A model generated the notes under the pieces. The model saw nothing but the letters and a program-made list of their open reading frames with translations, did no database searches and had not been told where the DNA came from. This document shows positions 56,375 to 64,000 of a stretch of 64,000 nt of DNA, one piece after another. The translations under genes were made by a program, and so were the position numbers. Source of the stretch: Paramecium tetraurelia (Eukaryota). The DNA is taken from NCBI GenBank assembly GCA_000165425.1, contig CT868263.1, positions 62,001 through 126,000 on the forward strand. Reading direction: 5' to 3'. Position 1 is the first letter of the stretch. Each line of letters begins with the position of its first letter.

Positions 56375-56514
56375 TCATTATTATTTTTTTGGACTCTATT
56401 AAATATTATTTTTATTATTTAATTATTTCTTTTGTTAAAATTTATTGTTTTGATGATTTTAAGTCTGGGGCCTATTGTAATTAGAAGTTTGATAAAAACC
56501 AGGATTGTTTAAAG

Positions 56515-56547
<33 letters not shown>

Positions 56548-57530
56548 GTTATTATTATTATTATTATTATTATTGTTATTATTGTTATTATTGTTATTAT
56601 TGTTATTATTATTATTATTACTAGTATTGTTATTATATGGGCTATTATTAGAGTTGCTGTTATTAATTCCAAAATGAAGGTTAGGCTATAATTATAGTAA
56701 AATATACCAACTCCAAACCAAGGGCTTTAGTAATAATATTAATATTATTAATAACATTGATTTTGTATCTATTGCTATTTTCTTCTTTAATAAGAAGCTA
56801 CGGAAAAAGTAAATGGCATAGATTCAAAGACACTTATATATTCTTAAAACTAGATTGCGAAATTTGGATTGGAATCTCTTTCATTTCTCTTTCTTTTCTA
56901 AGATAATATAAATTAATAATTACCTCTGAATTGTCCAATTCCTTAAAGGTCTTCAACATGCAGCTTTTCTATGGTTAATTTTAGAAGGCAGAATAGATCA
57001 AATCGCCATTTTCAATTTAAGTGCAATCAATTAATTCATGAATGCATTTTCCTCCAGATTATTAAATTGAACTTAATTCGCTATATGGTAAATCTCTTAC
57101 AAAGACCTTTTGTTTATAGGATTATTACCCATTCAATCTGGAAAGACCCAAACCATTTATTCTCCTCTGCCCAATACATAAAATGCATGTTTTCTCTGAA
57201 ATTACTGACAATTTTAGCCAATCCAATAAAGTGGGATGTCTGGGTAACATTAAATAATAGGTAAACTGGACGTGTGGCATCATTTAATTTCTAATTATTA
57301 CGACTCGAACTAAAGATTTTATAGTATAGCTACCTAGTCCAGATGCCGTATTTAATAGCCCGATGAACATTATCTTTAGTTGGAGCACGTATCAAAAAAT
57401 AAGTTGCTTCTTGTTCAAGAGGTTAATGAATTTTTTGGAGACAATTAAATGTTGTGGTTACTTCTTCGAAATTTTCATAATTATCTAAATATTTTGCCTC
57501 AGGTTATTGGCATGGAGGACTTGTTTGCAT
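56375..57530 (-). CDS. YTH-domain (m6A reader) protein with C-terminal polyQ/QN-rich tail
   Basis: ATYFLIRAPTKDNVHRAIKYGIWTSSSRNNQKL; VYLLFNVTQTSHFIGLAKI; YWAEENKWFGSFQIEWVFVRDLP; DCTQI. The aromatic-cage Trp residues are present. Confidence 0.92.
56516..56665 (-). repeat. Coding polyglutamine tract of the YTH protein
   Basis: TAA/CAA/TAG/CAG triplet run on the minus strand, in frame with the YTH gene. Confidence 0.85.
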
Positions 57531-57561
57531 ATTAATATATTTTTTATTTAAATATTAATTC

Positions 57562-57887
57562 ATGGATGTATATATATCATTTTATTTCGTTTAGACTGTT
57601 TCAGATATCAATCCAAGACCATTTCTTGAGGAAATCACAAGAAAACAGATCATAGTCAGATTAAAATGGGGATGGGAATTACGAGGTAATAATAATAATA
57701 ATCTAATTGTAGGGGTTTTAAAAAGTTCTGACTAATACATGAACTTGCATGTAAGTTTATTAATATGAATCTATAGATGTTGAATACAGAAGAGTATGTC
57801 GATGGAAAGAGCAGAGGAATATTAGGAGAAGTGTTGGTTAGATGTAATAATGTTTTGTACATCAGACAATGTCCTGACGAAAAATGA
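57562..57887 (+). CDS. SmF: Small nuclear ribonucleoprotein SmF
   Basis: [67 protein letters not shown], with three tiny introns. Confidence 0.95.
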
Positions 57888-58119
57888 TCCTAAATTTATA
57901 TAAAAATGCATTAAATTTTAGATATCACAGGCATTTTGATGTAGGTTTTTTCATTTAAAATATTTGATTTTTTCGAAGTTCTGTGAGGTTTATAGAAGCA
58001 AAATTAAATAATAATCACCAAATAATCTATCCTGAGGATAACCTAGAGATCAACTCAGTATTTATACCTATTGTTTGATACAATATAATATTTTATAAAT
58101 ATTATAATTCTGACTTGCG

Positions 58120-60092
58120 ATGAGCAAACCAATTTTGATCATCTCTAAAATTGATTCTCATTCTGGAGAATTTTATCTAATGGAAGAAAAATAATATGAG
58201 ACCACTGAATAGTATTTTGCTCTTTTTTTATCAAACAACTATAAAAAGGAATATTTGCTGGATGAGAGAGAATAAAAAGATAATATCTAAAAGGTTAGGT
58301 AGATTCGGCATTTTTTAAAGATGATTGAAATCAACTAATAGTATTATTATCTTTTTAGATACGTTAAAGGAGAGAGAATATAGGATTTTATAGTTAAAAT
58401 GAGGTGTCAACTAAAAACAATAAACTAAGATATTATTGATTCATTTGTTATTTAAATATTAGAAGCATTATTTTAACTACATAAACTAAACATACTAGGT
58501 AGAATATTTTCAGCTGAAAATATAATAAATAATTATGGGACTTTAGTTTTAATGGATTTTGGTTTTGGACCTGACATAAAATAGGATCACCTAGATATTT
58601 TAGCATCACCAGAATAAATAAGAGAATTACTTGACTAAAATTCTCAAATATAAAAAATTAATTATAGTGCCCTTAAAATTGATTCATGGTTATTAGGTGC
58701 ATTTTTATATCATCTTGTGAAATTGAGACCTATCAATTCTGTCTAAAATAAAAATGTTCCTAATAAAATGCAAATCTTTAAATACACAGATCTCGTCTAC
58801 TATAACAGCTACATTTAAGAGCAATGTAAAAGCAGTGATTACATAAATGCTTAGACTAATAGATATAAATAAACTCTGATAGATTTTATTCATGGTTTAT
58901 TGACTTATAATACTTAGAAAAGATTGTCGTTCTTAGAGATACATCAAAGTGAATACATCAAAAGCTTAAAATTAAATAAATCGGACGAATACATAAATTT
59001 CTATACAAATTTTTAAGAAGTAGAGATAATTGAAAAACTAATTATTAGAGGAGGAATTTCTTAATCTTTCGTATTGAACTCAGGTCTTTTGCAAGGATAA
59101 TATGATCTTTTAATAAGTTCACCAGTCAAAATTAATGGTAAGTAAGACACACCGAATGAAAAGGAATTAGAATCGTTACATATCACACTTCCTTATACCG
59201 CCTCCTTCATATAAGTAGATTCATTTAATAATAATAGGACTCCAAATATTATGATATCTGGAAATAAATCAACTTGGAATAGTTTCGTTATTTTATACTG
59301 AATGATACAGCTGATTAAATTAAAGCTGAATATCCGGAAGGGTGTTATAAACTTTCATTAGTAGCTTAATATGCTTTAAGAAAGCAAAGTTATATTATAT
59401 TATAAGATCTCATTTAAAAAATACAATCATCTGATTATCCTTGGTAAGGAAGCTTAGTGACTAACTGGCAAAATTTCAAATAGGAAAATAAGTTTTAATT
59501 TTTAAAACATGCCTTATTAAACGCTAGTACTATTACTATTTAGAGCATGGCTTAATTATAAGAAGAATTACATAAAAATCCTAAACTAATTGAGAATTTT
59601 ATTGTTACACAAAAATCTAATGAATTAAATGAGGTTTTTAATAATATTCTCAATGAGAAAATTATTATTGCTTAAGCTAAAGAGCAAACTTCATTGGATA
59701 TATACTCAATTTATTAAAGTGTAAGTACTCGAGAGTGTTCTTAAAATCCCGCTGAAAATTTGAAGTAGTCAGTTCGAGATACTTAATAAGCTGAATGGTT
59801 TAAAGGTTTTAAGGAAGTTATCAATCATCTTTTCAAATATTTCAATGAAAATGTTACTGATCCAAACTTTAGATAAAAGTACAGTCAAATACTGTTAAAG
59901 ATTTTGTATTGCAGGCTTATCAATATTATATTTTCTTTTGAAGGTGTAAAAAATCATTTTAAAAACATCAATCGTCTTGAAAAAGAAGCAGTTACTCCAG
60001 ATGAGATTTATTGCTATATAGAATCTAAAGATAACTATGAATTAAAATATATAGAAATTTAAGACCTTCTGAATAAATATTTTAGACAGTGA
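58120..60092 (+). CDS. Protein kinase-like protein, probable pseudokinase, with helical C-terminal region
   Basis: QILEALFQLHKLNILGRIFSAENI (no HRD), MDFGFG, ASPE, IDSWLLGAFLY, RLSFLEI. A 23-nt intron at about 59215-59237 keeps the frame. Confidence 0.75.
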
Positions 60093-60895
60093 GCAGTAGT
60101 ATTCATTATTGATATATCTATCTACATAATTATAATTAATTTGTCTTAGTTAAACAACAATATAAAAATTAAAAGCTGTGCTCTTTTTAGATGCTCTAAA
60201 TATTCAGGAAAAGGGATAATCATATTTTTAGAACGCTCATTTCGTGAAGATATTATATCTTTAAATAGTGCAATAACCACTAATCCAAAGTAGATATTTG
60301 AGTCTCTATAGCTTTGAAATTGGAAAAGTGCAAATATCAATACATTCACTTAATTCTCGTCAACTCAACGATTTCAAAGAGCAATATAATTAAAAACCTA
60401 AATATAGAGAAAAACTGAATATTTAATTAGCTAGTATTTAATATTCTTAATGAAATTTAATGCATAATAGCAATGCATTCTGATAAGAAAACACATATGG
60501 TTATTATAATTCAGACCTAATGAAATAAATGAATATGTTTATAATTATAATGTGAATTATCGTTCTTTTATTAACAAATGTTATTAGGGATAGTTTAGTA
60601 AGGAGTCTATGTTACTGAACGATGAAAAACATCATACTAGATATTTTGAACTTGCTTTGAGGAATACAATTTCTTTATAAATATGTTTTCATTTTATAGA
60701 ATCTTAATAATAAAGAATAAAAGCATTGAAAATATAAATAGAAATTTTGTGATTGAGGAGAAATAATATAAGAATCAAAGTAAATGTATGAGGAGAGCAG
60801 AGGAATATAATATATTTTTATTACTCTAAGAAGAGTTTAAGATTTATATATTATATAATCAGATGAGATTTCAGTAAATCTCATTGGGGGGATGT

Positions 60896-61114
60896 TCAAT
60901 CTAAAGAGTTCAAGAACTCTTCAAGGTCTTGTTGATATTCAACTGGAGAATCAACTTAATCGAAATTCTTTATCATAGGGTTTTAAGCTTCTGCCCTTAT
61001 GGATTCAATAAAGCAAACATCCTCTTCAACCGAACTCTCTGATTTAGCGAATTCATTTTTTTAGCATATTGGGTATATCATTTTAACCAGTGTGGGTCTT
61101 AAGAGGGATGACAT
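60896..61114 (-). CDS. Small hypothetical protein, 72 aa
   Basis: Clean ORF MSSLLRPTLVKMIYPICQ...QDLEEFLNSLD*, with higher GC than its flanks. Confidence 0.55.
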
Positions 61115-61226
61115 AAATAATTAATTATTTTAATATTTTATTACAACTTATTCATTAGATAAGAGTGCAAGAATAATGAATTCGTTTCATCTCTACAAAT
61201 AATATAATAATGATTTTATTTATTGA

Positions 61227-62140
<914 letters not shown>

Positions 62141-62203
62141 CTAATATATATTATTTATTATTTAAATCAAGTTAATAGCATAAATATTACATGATAATAC
62201 AAT

Positions 62204-63898
62204 TCAAATATTACATTAACAGAGATTAAAAGATATCTATGGATTTGTTTGTAATACTATCATTTATTGATTTTGAGCATTCTAAATATATTTTTGGTTA
62301 TGCAATTATTCAATACTTATTTTTTTATTCAATTGAGGAACGGTTTATATTTTCTCATCCGTTTCCAGAATCATTTTTTTACTTGAATTAATTGTGAATA
62401 ATTCATCATTGTGGATCATTTACAAACATTTTTTGAATTCTTCAAACTAAATTTCACCATCATCATTTTCATCAAACACACTTATTATAGTTTCAATGTC
62501 TTCTAATTATAATTGATTATTTAGGTCTATTTTCTTTAATAATGCAAATAACTCTTGCTTATCTAATGCATTGTTGTTTGAAGTATCATATTTTCGAAAT
62601 AATTACCTTGGACTCATATTGTACTATTATATTAAATTTGATAACTCTTATAATATTATCATATGTTTTTTTTGCAAAGACCTTTAAAGCTTTGCTTTTT
62701 TTGGTGGTGAAGGATATAAATATTGTTTGAATTCTTCGAAATCAACATATCCATTTCCATCTTTATCAAATTCATCAAAAATGTATTTCACATCATCATC
62801 ATTGAAGCTATTGTCAAGATATTAGATGAAGCACTTGAATTCATCCAAATTTAACTATTGATCTCCAGATGTATCTACCTTCTAAAATATTTGAGTCAAA
62901 GTATCAACATTTGGAATTTTCTATTTCAGATAATTTTAAATGTAAAATAATTTCTTTTAACAATTGGTTCGTTGCATCTAGAATTTTATAAAATATTCGC
63001 TTATATATGGATGACGATATAACGTATCCCAAGAAAACCTGTTTTCTTCCTTTATTTATAGACAATTCAAAATAAAGTCCTTACATAACTCATTCACAAT
63101 AGGCTAATCCGGGAACTTCAAGTTTTAATGAACTATATTGTAAAGGAGTTCACTTTCAGACCTACCTAACCATGGAGCTTAAACATACTAGATAGTACTT
63201 ACTTTTTTGATATATTATTTGATATAACATTAATCCTATACTCCAAATATCACTTTTGCTCGTGTATTATTGACCATTCAATATTTGAGGACTCATATAA
63301 TATGGAGTTCCAACTTTACTCTCCATTATTTGGTTTTTATAATTACTGATCTGTCTAGCAAAACCAAAATCGCCTAATTTAAATATTTTCCTATTGTTCT
63401 CTATATGAACCAATATATTCGCTGGTTTAAGATCTCGATGCATGATTCCTTACTTTATTAGTGTAGTGAACGCAGTCAAAATGTCGATTAAAAATTGAAA
63501 ATGGTCCTCATGTGTTATCTAATGAGTTTTATAAATTAATGATTCCAAATCACCATGATTGCAATATTCTAAAATTATATAATAATTATTCTCTGTTTGT
63601 AGAACGTCAATGATCTCAATTATATTCGGATTCTTTAGACTCTTTAAAATTTAAATTTCATTTAAAAGTTATTTTTCATCATCTACATTTGATTACATAC
63701 ATTACCCACATCCTTCATATCACTTTTTCTAACGAGCTTTATGGCTACATTTTATCGAGTGTGAATGTTCATTCCTTTATAGACAGTTCCATAAGCGCCT
63801 TTGCCTAATTTTCCTTTTTTAAAATTGTATCTATATGATTCAATTTATTTTTCATCAGTCTTGAGTTTACCCAAAGGAGGCTAATTCATTATTTGCAT
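62204..63898 (-). CDS. Ser/Thr kinase (ULK-like catalytic domain) with C-terminal EF-hands
   Basis: LGKGAYGTVYKG; VAIK; LEYCNHGDL; HRDLKPANIL; DFGFA; VGTPYYMSPQIL; EF loops DTSGDQQLNLDEF, DKDGNGYVDFEEF and DENDDGEIQFEEF. Confidence 0.9.
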
Positions 63899-64000
63899 GC
63901 TTATTAATTATAAAATAATGTAATTAATAATAGGTAACAAAAATCAAAAATATATATTATAATTTATGATATTATTGTTCATCATAATCCCTGTTAATTC

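Noticed and set aside
56481..56672. ORF-track poly-Ile ORF
   Set aside because: It is the wrong frame of the YTH polyQ tract.

Overview
AT-rich, gene-dense ciliate DNA, most likely macronuclear sequence from a Paramecium aurelia-group species. Genes read through only with translation table 6 (TAA/TAG = Gln, TGA = only stop) and carry many 20-35 nt GT..AG introns, so the supplied standard-code ORF track is mostly fragments or antisense artefacts. Reading by hand I find about 26 protein genes, a U1 snRNA gene with its upstream element, and several decayed coding-like segments. Recognisable genes: eIF4A, a RING-H2 protein, ARMC9, a C2HC zinc finger protein, DNA polymerase kappa, GSK3, Yippee, a TRANK1/LBA1-like helicase-TPR protein, a GIDE-like protein, a GRIP golgin, CK1, a YTH m6A reader, SmF and three further kinases or pseudokinases. 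The most interesting candidates are: (i) a VHS-GAT-polyQ-NPF-alpha-adaptin-ear protein resembling an independently assembled GGA-like adaptor; (ii) an Mmm1-like SMP lipid-transfer domain fused to a BAR-like helical region with no transmembrane anchor; (iii) a ~3780-aa multipass membrane protein with EF-hand-like motifs; (iv) a YTH/SmF gene pair whose start codons are 31 bp apart. All domain calls come from motif recognition by eye; no database search was run. No mobile elements, CRISPR arrays, rRNA or tRNA were seen.
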